A DNA stretch of 56,042 nt from a virus. The notes below the pieces were generated by a model, which saw only the letters and a program-made list of their open reading frames with translations, did not search any database and was not told the DNA's origin. Numbering within the stretch: position 1 is the stretch's first letter; each line of letters opens with the position of its first letter. The position numbers were made by a program, and so were the translations under genes. The stretch spans positions 1 to 56,042 of IMG/VR virus record IMGVR_UViG_3300017973_000002; one strand, 5' to 3'. Below are positions 7,907-16,285 of this stretch, in pieces.

Positions 7907-8059
7907 TCACTTTTTATCCTTCACTGGTTTTTTATATTTAAAATAAGTGTCCTCCCAAAATTTAGCGTTAGTCTTATATTCAAGTAGTTTAGTTACTAAA
8001 AAGGTAATAACGACCCCTTCAAATCCTGCAAAAGCAAACACCCAATCTATTTCAGGCAT
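7907..8059 (-). CDS. Small membrane protein (50 aa, MPEIDWVFAFAGFEGVVITFLV...)
   Basis: ATG 8059 behind AAGGGGGT. One hydrophobic helix. Below the track cutoff. Confidence 0.45.
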   Translation of the reverse strand: MPEIDWVFAFAGFEGVVITFLVTKLLEYKTNAKFWEDTYFKYKKPVKDKK

Positions 8060-8087
8060 TATCTAAACCCCCTTAGAATAAAAAAGT

Positions 8088-8417
8088 CTACCTAACTTTT
8101 AGGTTTCCATCTTGATCTAAATTGCGCTCGCCCCAGTCCTCAAACCATTTGCGAACCTCTTTATACTTATGCGCTTCATCGTGACAATTTCGGCAAATCG
8201 TAACACCATTTCTTTTATGTCCAGTACCGCCTTGACTACGGAATATAATATGGTGCGGTACACTTTCTAAATAGGCGCTCCCACATCTTACGCAACGTCC
8301 ACCATCACGTTCAAAAATCTCTTGAATGGTTTTAGCTGTAAAACGAGAAATAACCCCTTTTTTCGCTTTTAAACGCTTATGAGTTGGTTTCGGTACGGCA
8401 CGCACTTCATTAAACAT
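8088..8417 (-). CDS. HNH endonuclease
   Basis: CVRCGS...PHHIIFRSQGG...NGVTICRNCHDEAH (HNH with flanking Cys pairs). Confidence 0.85.
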   Translation of the reverse strand: MFNEVRAVPKPTHKRLKAKKGVISRFTAKTIQEIFERDGGRCVRCGSAYLESVPHHIIFRSQGGTGHKRNGVTICRNCHDEAHKYKEVRKWFEDWGERNLDQDGNLKVR

Positions 8418-8571
8418 GACAAACCGCCTTTGCTAACGTACAGAGCAAGTAGAACAGCATGAGTAAATAAATCAGCTCGGTATGTTTCCGTTGCTTTTTC
8501 TTCATTAATTCATACGTTACTAATAGAACAAGAATTGAACCAGTTATTAAAATAATCATGTTATCTATCAT
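8410..8571 (-). CDS. Small membrane protein (53 aa)
   Basis: ATG 8571 behind GTGAGGTG. Two hydrophobic stretches. Its stop overlaps the HNH start. Below the track cutoff. Confidence 0.45.
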   Translation of the reverse strand: MIDNMIILITGSILVLLVTYELMKKKQRKHTELIYLLMLFYLLCTLAKAVCHV

Positions 8572-8580
8572 CTGGACACC

Positions 8581-9075
8581 TCACTCAAAAGTATTGCCAC
8601 GTTCTTCCGCACGGCCACCCTTAACCATATCTTTTATAGAATTAATTGCAGATTCATATGAAAGGGCGATCCCTTCCCATCGTTTAAAGTTCCCTTCGTG
8701 GTGAGAAGCTAGTTCCAGTTGTTCACCTTTTGCACGTCTTGAAAGATACTGGGCATCAGTTGAATTGGATAACTTGTCGTTATACTTTCCTAGCTTCACG
8801 TTCTCGTACATATTCGCCTGCTGAATTTCTGCATGTGCTTCATAATACTTTTGTTGCTTACGGTAATAGCCACTGATTAGATATGCGTAACGTTGTGCGT
8901 AAGAATACCAGTATTCCATTTTTGCCAGTTCTACACGTCCTAGAAGCGCCCCTTCATTCAAATGCACTTCATACGCTTCAATCTTCTTTAAATAGTCATT
9001 GTGGTTTTTCACGTAATTCAGAATGGCATTATCTTCCAAACCTTGCAATGCTTCAATTGTTGATGATACACTCAT
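8581..9075 (-). CDS. Hypothetical protein (164 aa)
   Basis: ATG with GGGGTGAAAAT RBS. Track ORF. Confidence 0.7.
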   Translation of the reverse strand: MSVSSTIEALQGLEDNAILNYVKNHNDYLKKIEAYEVHLNEGALLGRVELAKMEYWYSYAQRYAYLISGYYRKQQKYYEAHAEIQQANMYENVKLGKYNDKLSNSTDAQYLSRRAKGEQLELASHHEGNFKRWEGIALSYESAINSIKDMVKGGRAEERGNTFE

Positions 9076-9126
9076 ATTTTCACCCCATAAAAAAACTCCC
9101 TATAATATAGGGAGCATACGAATTTT

Positions 9127-9390
9127 TTATGGTTTTAACCGTCTGATTTTTTCTCTTAACGCTTCGTGGTGTTGAGTAGAACGTTCATATCCAGTGATAA
9201 ATCTTTTTATTTCTTTTAGGGCGACTGACAATGCTTCGTACATTTCATCGCCTTCTTTGTATTCTTTTAGTTTACTTTCCGTTTTTGCTTGTTGATCCAG
9301 TAATATTGATACTTTGTTTTGGTACATATCAATACGTTCCGTTAAAGAAGCGATAATTACATTACATTCAGTTCTTGTCAGTAGGCTCAT
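9127..9390 (-). CDS. Hypothetical coiled-coil protein (87 aa)
   Basis: ATG with GAGGGA RBS. Track ORF. Confidence 0.65.
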   Translation of the reverse strand: MSLLTRTECNVIIASLTERIDMYQNKVSILLDQQAKTESKLKEYKEGDEMYEALSVALKEIKRFITGYERSTQHHEALREKIRRLKP

Positions 9391-9550
9391 TTTTTATTCC
9401 CTCACATAAAGTCTGAATAAATAGTAACATTTGGAATTTGTGTTCATAATATTCCCTTTTTAATAAATGTAATTCACGTTGAGTTCGTAAGTGCATTAAA
9501 CATAGCGTAACAACAATGAGGTTAAATGATATTACAAAGAATGTATCCAT
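9368..9550 (-). CDS. Hypothetical small membrane protein (60 aa)
   Basis: Track ORF. N-terminal hydrophobic helix. Weak RBS. Confidence 0.45.
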   Translation of the reverse strand: MDTFFVISFNLIVVTLCLMHLRTQRELHLLKREYYEHKFQMLLFIQTLCEGIKNEPTDKN

Positions 9551-9558
9551 ATTTTCAT

Positions 9559-10422
9559 TTATTCCAATTCAAGAACTTCTTGTTTGTCTATTTCAGTTTC
9601 TAAAAATGGGAATGGTTCTTTATTATTCCCTTCAAATACCCAACGCAACTGTTTGATTGGTTGATGGTCAAGGAATTTTCTAAACGCTTTAAAGACAATT
9701 GCCATTAGTTCTAATTCCCACTTATTACCTTTTCTATCTGGTGGTGTTAATAAACGGTCACGCAAACGAATGACTGGTGAATCCATTTGAGGGTGATACC
9801 CACTAATTAAAGCATTTATAAATTCTTCTGCTTCTTCTTCATTGTAACGGCTACAAATAATTAAAGATGTAACGAGAATCGTTCCTGCACCACACTGTTT
9901 AAAAATTAACGACCTTTTCATTTTTAAAACCATGTACTGAATTTCTTCATTGTTATTCTCAACGTACTGGATAATATCAGCCGTTGAAACGTATCTGTAA
10001 TTCGCTACGTCTAAACTGAAAGTTGATTTATCTTCGGTAGTTTCCCAGTGGATTAATCGTCTTGCCACCGCACCTGCTACAAATCCATTTTTAACATTCA
10101 TTAATCCTAATACTTGACCAACATTTCTAAGTTTACTGTTAGTGTCAATTGTTCGGAAAGCGTGTGGATCTTCTATGTCGGTTACAATAATCATTGGAAC
10201 TGGTACGCCTGCTTTGATAACCGCATTTAGACGATGTTGCCCATCAATTAATTCTCCATCTTTATTAAAACGAATGGTATCGCCATTCATTGACCACTTT
10301 CCATCAGCAATATCTTTAGACAATTTAAGAACATGAAATCGGTCTAACGGTCTGTTATTTTGATTTTTAGTTAAGTATTGAACTGCAATATCTGGTGTAA
10401 CTAATACCTCATTGAATTTCAT
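9559..10422 (-). CDS. ParB/sulfiredoxin-fold (ParBc) domain protein
   Basis: GELIDGQHRLNAV motif in the N-terminal third. AAAGGGGA RBS. Confidence 0.75.
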   Translation of the reverse strand: MKFNEVLVTPDIAVQYLTKNQNNRPLDRFHVLKLSKDIADGKWSMNGDTIRFNKDGELIDGQHRLNAVIKAGVPVPMIIVTDIEDPHAFRTIDTNSKLRNVGQVLGLMNVKNGFVAGAVARRLIHWETTEDKSTFSLDVANYRYVSTADIIQYVENNNEEIQYMVLKMKRSLIFKQCGAGTILVTSLIICSRYNEEEAEEFINALISGYHPQMDSPVIRLRDRLLTPPDRKGNKWELELMAIVFKAFRKFLDHQPIKQLRWVFEGNNKEPFPFLETEIDKQEVLELE

Positions 10423-10454
10423 GACATTTTTCCCCTTTGTTAATTCTCTCTTTT

Positions 10455-10643
10455 TTATTTTTGTTCTTCTTCGTGCTGAACGACCTTTTGATATAGATTA
10501 ACTAAATCATTCAACAGTTTTACTTGGTCTACTAACCAATAAACTTCATGTTCAAAATGAGTATATTTATCGCCATCTTGACGAAAAATAAAATCACTTT
10601 CTAATACTTTCTCGATTTTCTCTACTCGTTTTATATCTAACAC
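10455..10643 (-). CDS. Hypothetical protein (about 62 aa)
   Basis: Preferred start GTG 10643 behind AAGGAG. The track start 10658 would place its RBS inside the upstream terminator hairpin. Confidence 0.5.
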   Translation of the reverse strand: MLDIKRVEKIEKVLESDFIFRQDGDKYTHFEHEVYWLVDQVKLLNDLVNLYQKVVQHEEEQK

Positions 10644-10658
10644 AATATTCTCCTTCAC

Positions 10659-10687
10659 AAAAAAATTACCCTTCCAGAGAGGAAGGG
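10659..10687 (-). terminator. Intrinsic terminator/attenuator inside the leftward operon
   Basis: CCCTTCC-AGAGA-GGAAGGG hairpin (10669..10687). On the minus strand it is followed by UAAUUUUUUU. Confidence 0.55.
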
Positions 10688-10694
10688 CAACTTG

Positions 10695-10889
10695 TTAGTT
10701 GAATTTTTCATATACAAAAGTCGCAACCTCTACGATGTCTAAATTATATTTTTGTAGGTCTTGTGGGTGCATGTAGTTGAATAACTCATACATCACATTT
10801 GTTTCATTGATTATCATGTTTTTTTCTGTTAATTCTGACAGAACCAAGTTATACAAATCGTTAAATGAATTACAGTATTCGCTTATCAT
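10695..10889 (-). CDS. Hypothetical protein (64 aa)
   Basis: Track ORF. ATG overlaps the upstream gene end. No clear RBS. Confidence 0.45.
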   Translation of the reverse strand: MISEYCNSFNDLYNLVLSELTEKNMIINETNVMYELFNYMHPQDLQKYNLDIVEVATFVYEKFN

Positions 10890-11229
10890 CGGACAGCACT
10901 AATGAATCATGTTTTTTATTTTGTGTAACCATATCACTTACAAACGGTGAAGCAATGATTGGGCATTTATTATGTGAAGGTTGCCACCCTCTAATGATAA
11001 AACCTTTCGGTCTTGTCAGTTCACCGTTTTCTTTTGTCCATTCACCGTAAGTATCAACTAAATCAAAATAACCATGTTCATTTTTTGCTAAAAAATCTGC
11101 AATTGTATTAAACGCTTCTTGTACGTGTGTTGGAACGACTGGTGGTGCGACAATTGTATCTTCACCTAATAATTGATAATCACTTGGTAAAATTGTTGTA
11201 CGTGGTTTTTGTTGACGTACCATTGACAT
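10870..11229 (-). CDS. Hypothetical protein (119 aa)
   Basis: ATG behind AAAGGAGAAG. Track ORF. Confidence 0.7.
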   Translation of the reverse strand: MSMVRQQKPRTTILPSDYQLLGEDTIVAPPVVPTHVQEAFNTIADFLAKNEHGYFDLVDTYGEWTKENGELTRPKGFIIRGWQPSHNKCPIIASPFVSDMVTQNKKHDSLVLSDDKRIL

Positions 11230-11247
11230 TTATCATCTTCTCCTTTT

Positions 11248-11670
11248 TTAAAAAGGAAGATCATCGTCTTTTATATCTATTCCTTTTCCCCCAAATGGTT
11301 CGCTAGGGAAGTGCTTGTTATCTTGCTTCGGTTGTGAACTTCCATCTTTTGATTTTGGCTCTAAGAACTGCACACTATCTGCAACTACTTCTGTAACATA
11401 TACACGTTTTCCGTCTTGACCTTCATAGTTCCTAGTTTGAATACGGCCTTCGACCCCTGCCAGTGAACCCTTTGTTAAATAGTTCGCCACGTTTTCAGCA
11501 GGCTTTCTCCATACAACACAATTGATAAAATCAGCATCACGTTCACCTTGCTCATTCGAAAAAGTACGATTGACAGCGAGGGTAAAGGTAGCAACAGCCA
11601 CCCCATTCGGTGTATATTTCAAATCTGCTTCTTTAGTTAATCGTCCGACTAATACTACTCGATTTATCAC
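11248..11670 (-). CDS. ssb: Single-stranded DNA-binding protein
   Basis: [25 protein letters not shown]-fold N-terminus and acidic DDDLPF tail. GTG behind AGGGGGA. Confidence 0.95.
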   Translation of the reverse strand: MINRVVLVGRLTKEADLKYTPNGVAVATFTLAVNRTFSNEQGERDADFINCVVWRKPAENVANYLTKGSLAGVEGRIQTRNYEGQDGKRVYVTEVVADSVQFLEPKSKDGSSQPKQDNKHFPSEPFGGKGIDIKDDDLPF

Positions 11671-11692
11671 GTATAATCCCCCTAATTTGCAA

Positions 11693-12358
11693 TTAAGCTA
11701 CTGGTTTAGTATTTTTTTCTTTTTGCTTTTTAATGTACGCTTCGACTTGGCTAATGCTTGCGATTATTTGTTGTGGTGTTAGGTTATCGACTGATTTAAT
11801 GTTCAGCACCCCATACACTTCCTCAACTTTACGCCCAACCATTTCTGCATATTCCGTGCATAGTGTAACTAAATTATCAACTTGTTCATCGGTTGCTAAA
11901 TCACGCACGTTTCCTTCTGCTTTTTCATGGAATCTGTCTGCATCGTCATGGTCAGTAGCAATAGAAAATTGTTTTAATAAGAAATACTTCTCACCATAAG
12001 TTAGCGCTTTACCAATTGCTTTTGCATTATCCCCAGTATCAAGACCCGAAGTAGACCACGGTATCACAACTTTTTCTTCGGGATTTTCGGCATTAACCCA
12101 CGTCATTTTTAAATCGAGGTCATATTCGTAATTGATAACTAATACATTTTTTGCGTTCGTGCGTTCTCGTGCCACGAGTGTCTTACCAACAATTTCAGTT
12201 GTTAAAACAAGACCAACTTCATCTAACTTTTGACGAACAGCACCAATTACTTGTGAAGATGATACATAATTGTATTGCTGTGACTTTGCTTCTTTTTGAA
12301 GATAAGGAACAGATTTTCTGACTTCTAATAACTTTTGATAAATGTTTTTAACCGCCAT
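11693..12358 (-). CDS. ERF-family single-strand annealing recombinase
   Basis: [43 protein letters not shown] matches the ERF N-terminal pattern. Adjacent to exonuclease and SSB. Confidence 0.8.
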   Translation of the reverse strand: MAVKNIYQKLLEVRKSVPYLQKEAKSQQYNYVSSSQVIGAVRQKLDEVGLVLTTEIVGKTLVARERTNAKNVLVINYEYDLDLKMTWVNAENPEEKVVIPWSTSGLDTGDNAKAIGKALTYGEKYFLLKQFSIATDHDDADRFHEKAEGNVRDLATDEQVDNLVTLCTEYAEMVGRKVEEVYGVLNIKSVDNLTPQQIIASISQVEAYIKKQKEKNTKPVA

Positions 12359-12360
12359 GT

Positions 12361-13383
12361 TTACATTCCTCCTAAGTTTTCAACAGTGAATTTACGTGAA
12401 GGATTTCCCGTTTTGACAACTTCTTTATAAACGTCTGGATAGTCAGCTTGTAATTTCTTACTATCAACAGTAGTACGTCCTTTCACATTTCCCCATGCAA
12501 CACGATAAGAAATTAACCCTCTATTATATTCAGCTTTTTTATAGTCACCAATTAGGATTTTTAACTTATTGGTACATTCAGCTTCTTGCTCTTTTAGGTG
12601 GTCAATTTGGAATTTCAAATTATCTCGTTTTTCCAGTAGTTCTTCAATGTCCAGTCCTTCGAGATAAAGAATTTCTTCGACTGTTCCTTGTGGGTACATT
12701 GTGTTTACGATTTCAGTTGAAGAATCACTTCCAGTAAGTTCTGGTGGAATGTCATTATCTAACCTTTCCATAAAGTGTTCAGCTTGGAATAAATAAGAAT
12801 CAATGTATGCTTGGTTACGCTGTACTTCAACTTGGTGGAACGTGTTACCTCCGATTAGTACCGCAAAGTAACCCCATTCAAGTCCAGTTACAGCAAAGTA
12901 ATGTTGAATCTGTGCATAGTAGCTTGGCGGTATATTACCATTCGCCCATTCTTTGCGAAGATACTCACTAGCCGTTTTGATTTCAAGTATTCCGTATTCA
13001 TCAAGTTCTGGATCGTAAATTAATCTGTCAATGTTTGCAACTAGGTATGGAATGGTTCGGTGCTGAATTAAATAATGAAATTCATCAACCATTAAATGTT
13101 GGTTTTTTTCCTTAAACTTATTTGCAACAATCGGTTCAAGGATATTTCCCCATTCAACAGCTTCATTACTTACTTCGATGTGAGCCACGTTTTTCTTTTC
13201 TAAATAAAGTGTTGGTACGTCTTTATACTTATTCACTCTCATTAGAACACCTGCATCACTTCCACCGATAGTGTATGTGCCTAGTCCGTAATGATTCTTT
13301 CGTTGTTCTTGCCACTGTTCATGTGTCCAGTTAGAAAAATCAGCGACTACATTAAAATGACTTACGACTTTTTCACTTAACAT
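12361..13383 (-). CDS. YqaJ-type (lambda Exo-like PD-(D/E)xK) recombination exonuclease
   Basis: GGSDAGVLMRVNKYKDVPTLYLEKK and ILEIKTA motifs. AAGGGGGC RBS. Confidence 0.85.
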   Translation of the reverse strand: MLSEKVVSHFNVVADFSNWTHEQWQEQRKNHYGLGTYTIGGSDAGVLMRVNKYKDVPTLYLEKKNVAHIEVSNEAVEWGNILEPIVANKFKEKNQHLMVDEFHYLIQHRTIPYLVANIDRLIYDPELDEYGILEIKTASEYLRKEWANGNIPPSYYAQIQHYFAVTGLEWGYFAVLIGGNTFHQVEVQRNQAYIDSYLFQAEHFMERLDNDIPPELTGSDSSTEIVNTMYPQGTVEEILYLEGLDIEELLEKRDNLKFQIDHLKEQEAECTNKLKILIGDYKKAEYNRGLISYRVAWGNVKGRTTVDSKKLQADYPDVYKEVVKTGNPSRKFTVENLGGM

Positions 13384-13396
13384 GGCGTTTGCCCCC

Positions 13397-13594
13397 TTAT
13401 TTTCCCAAATGCCACCACCGTTTGCGTTTTGGTTCGAGGACGTTGATGTTTTTTCTAAGGTTGCGTACTTCTTGTTCGAGTTGTTCTAGTTGTTTTTTTA
13501 ATAGAAGTAATTCCATATCTTGCCCTTCGGACTTTTCCTGCAAGCGTTCAATGTTGGCACTGGAACTTAAAATAAATTCTTCCAATATGTGCAT
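13397..13594 (-). CDS. Hypothetical coiled-coil protein (65 aa)
   Basis: ATG behind AAAGGAG. Track ORF. Confidence 0.65.
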   Translation of the reverse strand: MHILEEFILSSSANIERLQEKSEGQDMELLLLKKQLEQLEQEVRNLRKNINVLEPKRKRWWHLGK

Positions 13595-13600
13595 GTTGCT

Positions 13601-13750
13601 TTACTCCTTTTTTGACTGAACATCACCGTTTGTTTCAATCCATTTAATAATGAGATCGGTCATTGTTAAGTTTTCTTTTTCGGCTATTTCTTTCAGCTTC
13701 TTCTTTAGGCTTACTGGCAAATAGATAGATAACGGCACACGCCCTTCCAT
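13601..13750 (-). CDS. Ribbon-helix-helix (Arc/CopG-like) DNA-binding protein, first gene of the leftward operon
   Basis: Start moved to ATG 13750 (AAAAGGGGTG RBS), because the promoter -10 at 13790..13795 puts the transcript start inside the track's 5' extension. RVPLSIYLPVSLKKKLKEIAEKENLTMTDLI. Confidence 0.7.
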   Translation of the reverse strand: MEGRVPLSIYLPVSLKKKLKEIAEKENLTMTDLIIKWIETNGDVQSKKE

Positions 13751-13789
13751 TGTTTCACCCCTTTTCAGAAAATTTAAAATCATACTTTC

Positions 13790-13818
13790 ATTATATTATA
13801 GTCAAGTTTTTCCGTCAA
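13790..13818 (-). promoter_or_regulatory. Consensus sigma-A promoter of the leftward early operon (TTGACG-N17-TATAAT)
   Basis: Minus-strand TTGACG = 13818..13813, TATAAT = 13795..13790, spacer exactly 17 nt. Confidence 0.75.
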
Positions 13819-13821
13819 TAT

Positions 13822-13835
13822 GTATAGACGTATAG
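13822..13835. promoter_or_regulatory. Candidate operator: GTATAG-AC-GTATAG direct half-site pair abutting the -35
   Basis: GTATAG at 13822..13827 and 13830..13835. The same half-site occurs as the palindrome CTATACGTATAG in the rightward early promoter (51489..51500). Confidence 0.5.
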
Positions 13836-13919
13836 ATAAAAAGAATAAAAAAAATATTCACTCTCTTTCTTTTCATCATAAAGGTGCGCACCAGACAATA
13901 ATATAGAAAGAAGGTATTC

Positions 13920-13984
13920 ACCAGTGAACACCTACACTGTTCTTTGACAATTGGATAGTATCTAGTGAATAACCAGTGAACACC
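13920..13984. repeat. Two 13-bp direct repeats ACCAGTGAACACC, 52 bp apart, upstream of the par cassette
   Basis: 13920..13932 and 13972..13984 are identical. The first is embedded in the inverted repeat TTCAC-CA-GTGAA. Confidence 0.85.
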
Positions 13985-14075
13985 CATTTAAAAAGGGGGG
14001 ACGTTGGCTATTTTGGAAGCGACCAAGCGACCGACCGACCCTGCGAAAATTCTGAAAATTGAAAGGGGTAAGAAA

Positions 14076-14483
14076 ATGGGGGAGAAGGATAAGTATTTTA
14101 ATCGCATATCAAATGGTAAACCGAAGCGCCCTACTCAACATGACATTAAACGTGAAATTCTAATTCAAAAAGTCCACCATATTGATCGCCATGTTGATAT
14201 TAAAGTGTATGTGACGGAAGAAGAACACGCTTATTTAAATCAACAAGCAAAATTTAAACAAAGTTCCGTGACAAAGATTTGCACAAATGCACTAAAGAAA
14301 GTAACGTCAGAATACCGTGAGTTTCCAGAGTTTGAATACGAAAAATCAGCTTATATGGTTCACTTTTCTGTTCCTCGTGCTTGCTACAATCAAATTGTGG
14401 GTCATTCCGTGAACTGGAAGTGCAGTATAAGAGAAGCAACACAACGAGTTTTTAATTATGGGTATGAACTAGGTTTGTTGTAA
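14076..14483 (+). CDS. Hypothetical protein with two RHH-like segments (135 aa)
   Basis: ATG 14076 behind GAAAGGGG; the track's TTG 14004 start has no RBS. IKVYVTEEEHAYLNQQAK and VHFSVPRACYNQIVGH beta-strand-plus-helix patterns. Confidence 0.65.
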   Translation: MGEKDKYFNRISNGKPKRPTQHDIKREILIQKVHHIDRHVDIKVYVTEEEHAYLNQQAKFKQSSVTKICTNALKKVTSEYREFPEFEYEKSAYMVHFSVPRACYNQIVGHSVNWKCSIREATQRVFNYGYELGLL

Positions 14484-15079
14484 TGGTTAGAATATTCAGT
14501 GAATTGAATTTACTGGAAGTAGAGGAATGGCGATATGGAACGAACCGAGAACAACGCCAGTATAAAAGGTATAAAAAAGGGAAACAATTTCTAACCGTTG
14601 AAATTCCGCACAAGGTTTTGCAACGTGCAAGAGTTTTTTGTGATGATGTAACGGAAATGCAAGTTCACTGGGAGTTTGAGCTGAACGATCTATTCAAAGT
14701 TTTAGCAACGAATTTCATTCTTTGGTTACGTGAACAAAGTGAACCAACAGATGTATATGAAGGACTTCAAAATATGTATCAGCATTTTAAACGAACTTAT
14801 AATGGGGTAGAGAAAAACCATACACATCTAGTTGGGTTTCACCGTTCCGATTACAGACCAGTGACCGTTGAACTTGAATATGGAACGATTCATCGGTTAG
14901 AAGTGTTGCTTGAAGATATGGACTATCTGAAACCAAAACACGAGTACACAGTCGAAAATGTTGTTTCTTCCTTATTATGTGACTACATTAATAAACTTCA
15001 AACGGACGGTAAGGGAGAAATTAAGAAGATGGTCAATTTCATATTAAGAGAATGGGGTGAAACGATTGAAGAAGAATGA
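14483..15079 (+). CDS. Hypothetical protein (198 aa)
   Basis: Track ORF. ATG overlaps the upstream stop (TAATG). Confidence 0.7.
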   Translation: MVRIFSELNLLEVEEWRYGTNREQRQYKRYKKGKQFLTVEIPHKVLQRARVFCDDVTEMQVHWEFELNDLFKVLATNFILWLREQSEPTDVYEGLQNMYQHFKRTYNGVEKNHTHLVGFHRSDYRPVTVELEYGTIHRLEVLLEDMDYLKPKHEYTVENVVSSLLCDYINKLQTDGKGEIKKMVNFILREWGETIEEE

Positions 15080-15959
15080 GGAAATTGTGTTAGCTGTTGA
15101 TGGTGGTTCGTATAATGTGAAAACATGCGGGGAATGTGGTCTTGATAAATTTCAATCAGCTATTGGTGAATATAATGAAGGAGAAATGGAAAGTTTCGGG
15201 GCAGACGATATGGTTTGGGAATATAAAAATGAAGATATGGAAGATAAAGGGTTTGCAGGAACTATCGCAAGGTACGAAAGTGTGAGTGGTGGGTCAAGGA
15301 AAGATATGAGTAAAAACAATTATGATGGTCAGCTTCGAATTTTACTTGGGGTTCATCGGTATTTAACGAAATACGATTTAAACCCTAGCACAATTCATTT
15401 AATGATAGGTCAACCAATTGAAACAAATGTGAAAATAGAAGCAGATGAAATGAAACGGACATTTACAGCCTTTACCCATCAAATGAAAGTGAATGGTGTT
15501 GAACGTATTCTTCCTATTAAAACTGTAACAGTGGTTCCAGAATGTGCGATTAGTTTTCAGCTATATCCAGTTCAAGAGGGAATTGTTCATTTTGTCGATG
15601 TTGGAGGGTCAACAATCAACTACGCTACTTATGAAGATGGTAAGTTTATTCGGTTAAAAAGTGGCACTATACCAGTCGGTATGAATACCGCTAAAAATGG
15701 AGAAACACAGTTAAGCACCGTTATTCGTTCCCTTTCTTTAAAAACACATGACTGGGGAAAACAAGAAAAGGTGTTTGTTCTTGGAGGGATCGCAAAAGAC
15801 GTTCATAGCCGATTAATAAGAGATTTTCCAAATGCGGTAGTTCTCTATCCAACAGTTCATGAAAATGGTGAACCGAAAATGGTTCTTCCTACATTTAGCA
15901 ACGCAATAGCTATGTACCGAGTGGGGGTTCAATTATATGGCCAGAAACAGAACGAGTAA
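15057..15959 (+). CDS. Actin-like (ParM/Alp-type) segregation ATPase
   Basis: Phosphate-1 LAVDGGSYNVK, phosphate-2 HFVDVGGSTINYA, adenosine motif VFVLGGIAKDV. Exact start uncertain (GTG 15057, TTG 15066 or GTG 15087). Confidence 0.8.
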   Translation: MKRLKKNEEIVLAVDGGSYNVKTCGECGLDKFQSAIGEYNEGEMESFGADDMVWEYKNEDMEDKGFAGTIARYESVSGGSRKDMSKNNYDGQLRILLGVHRYLTKYDLNPSTIHLMIGQPIETNVKIEADEMKRTFTAFTHQMKVNGVERILPIKTVTVVPECAISFQLYPVQEGIVHFVDVGGSTINYATYEDGKFIRLKSGTIPVGMNTAKNGETQLSTVIRSLSLKTHDWGKQEKVFVLGGIAKDVHSRLIRDFPNAVVLYPTVHENGEPKMVLPTFSNAIAMYRVGVQLYGQKQNE

Positions 15960-16251
15960 AGGGAAGCTACTTAAACGGTATAGTCTAGTCTTAAACGTCC
16001 TTGATGATGACCAAAATAACATGCACGAATACTTAGAAAAAAAAACCAACGCAAGTGCTTATTTAAAAAGTTTAGTTACCTTAGATATGAATAAAAACAG
16101 TCTACAATCGCATCAACCAGAGATTCCAATTACTTATGAAACACCACCAGTTGCACAAAATCAAGAATTCACAAACCAACCGACCGACCGAAAAAACGCT
16201 CCCCCACCAAAACAAGCATCAATTTTAAGTTCTGGGATACCGATTTTTTAA
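15937..16251 (+). CDS. Possible ParR-like adaptor (RHH-like N-terminus, disordered tail)
   Basis: Position directly after the ParM-like gene. KRYSLVLNVLDDDQNNMHEYLEK. The function is an inference. Confidence 0.6.
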   Translation: MARNRTSKGKLLKRYSLVLNVLDDDQNNMHEYLEKKTNASAYLKSLVTLDMNKNSLQSHQPEIPITYETPPVAQNQEFTNQPTDRKNAPPPKQASILSSGIPIF

Positions 16252-16279
16252 TTGACGACTTTATTAGTTATGTTATAAT
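16252..16279 (+). promoter_or_regulatory. Near-consensus sigma-A promoter with extended -10 (TTGACG-N16-TGTTATAAT), no gene downstream
   Basis: TTGACG 16252..16257, TATAAT 16274..16279, TG at 16271..16272. Confidence 0.6.
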
Positions 16280-16285
16280 AAACGC

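Noticed and set aside
9559-10422. 287-aa protein as a possible integrase or partition ParB
   Set aside because: It has only the ParB N-terminal (DGQHR) nuclease-like domain. There are no recombinase catalytic residues, it sits in the lytic replication/recombination operon, and no cognate ParA is present.
13802-13987. Track ORF of 61 aa on the minus strand
   Set aside because: It lies upstream of the mapped -35 of the leftward promoter, across the operator and direct-repeat region. It has no RBS.
15057-15959. Actin/Hsp70-fold ATPase as part of a defence system
   Set aside because: The motif set, the ~300-aa size and the small RHH-like partner fit ParM/Alp partition systems. No nuclease or other effector gene is linked.
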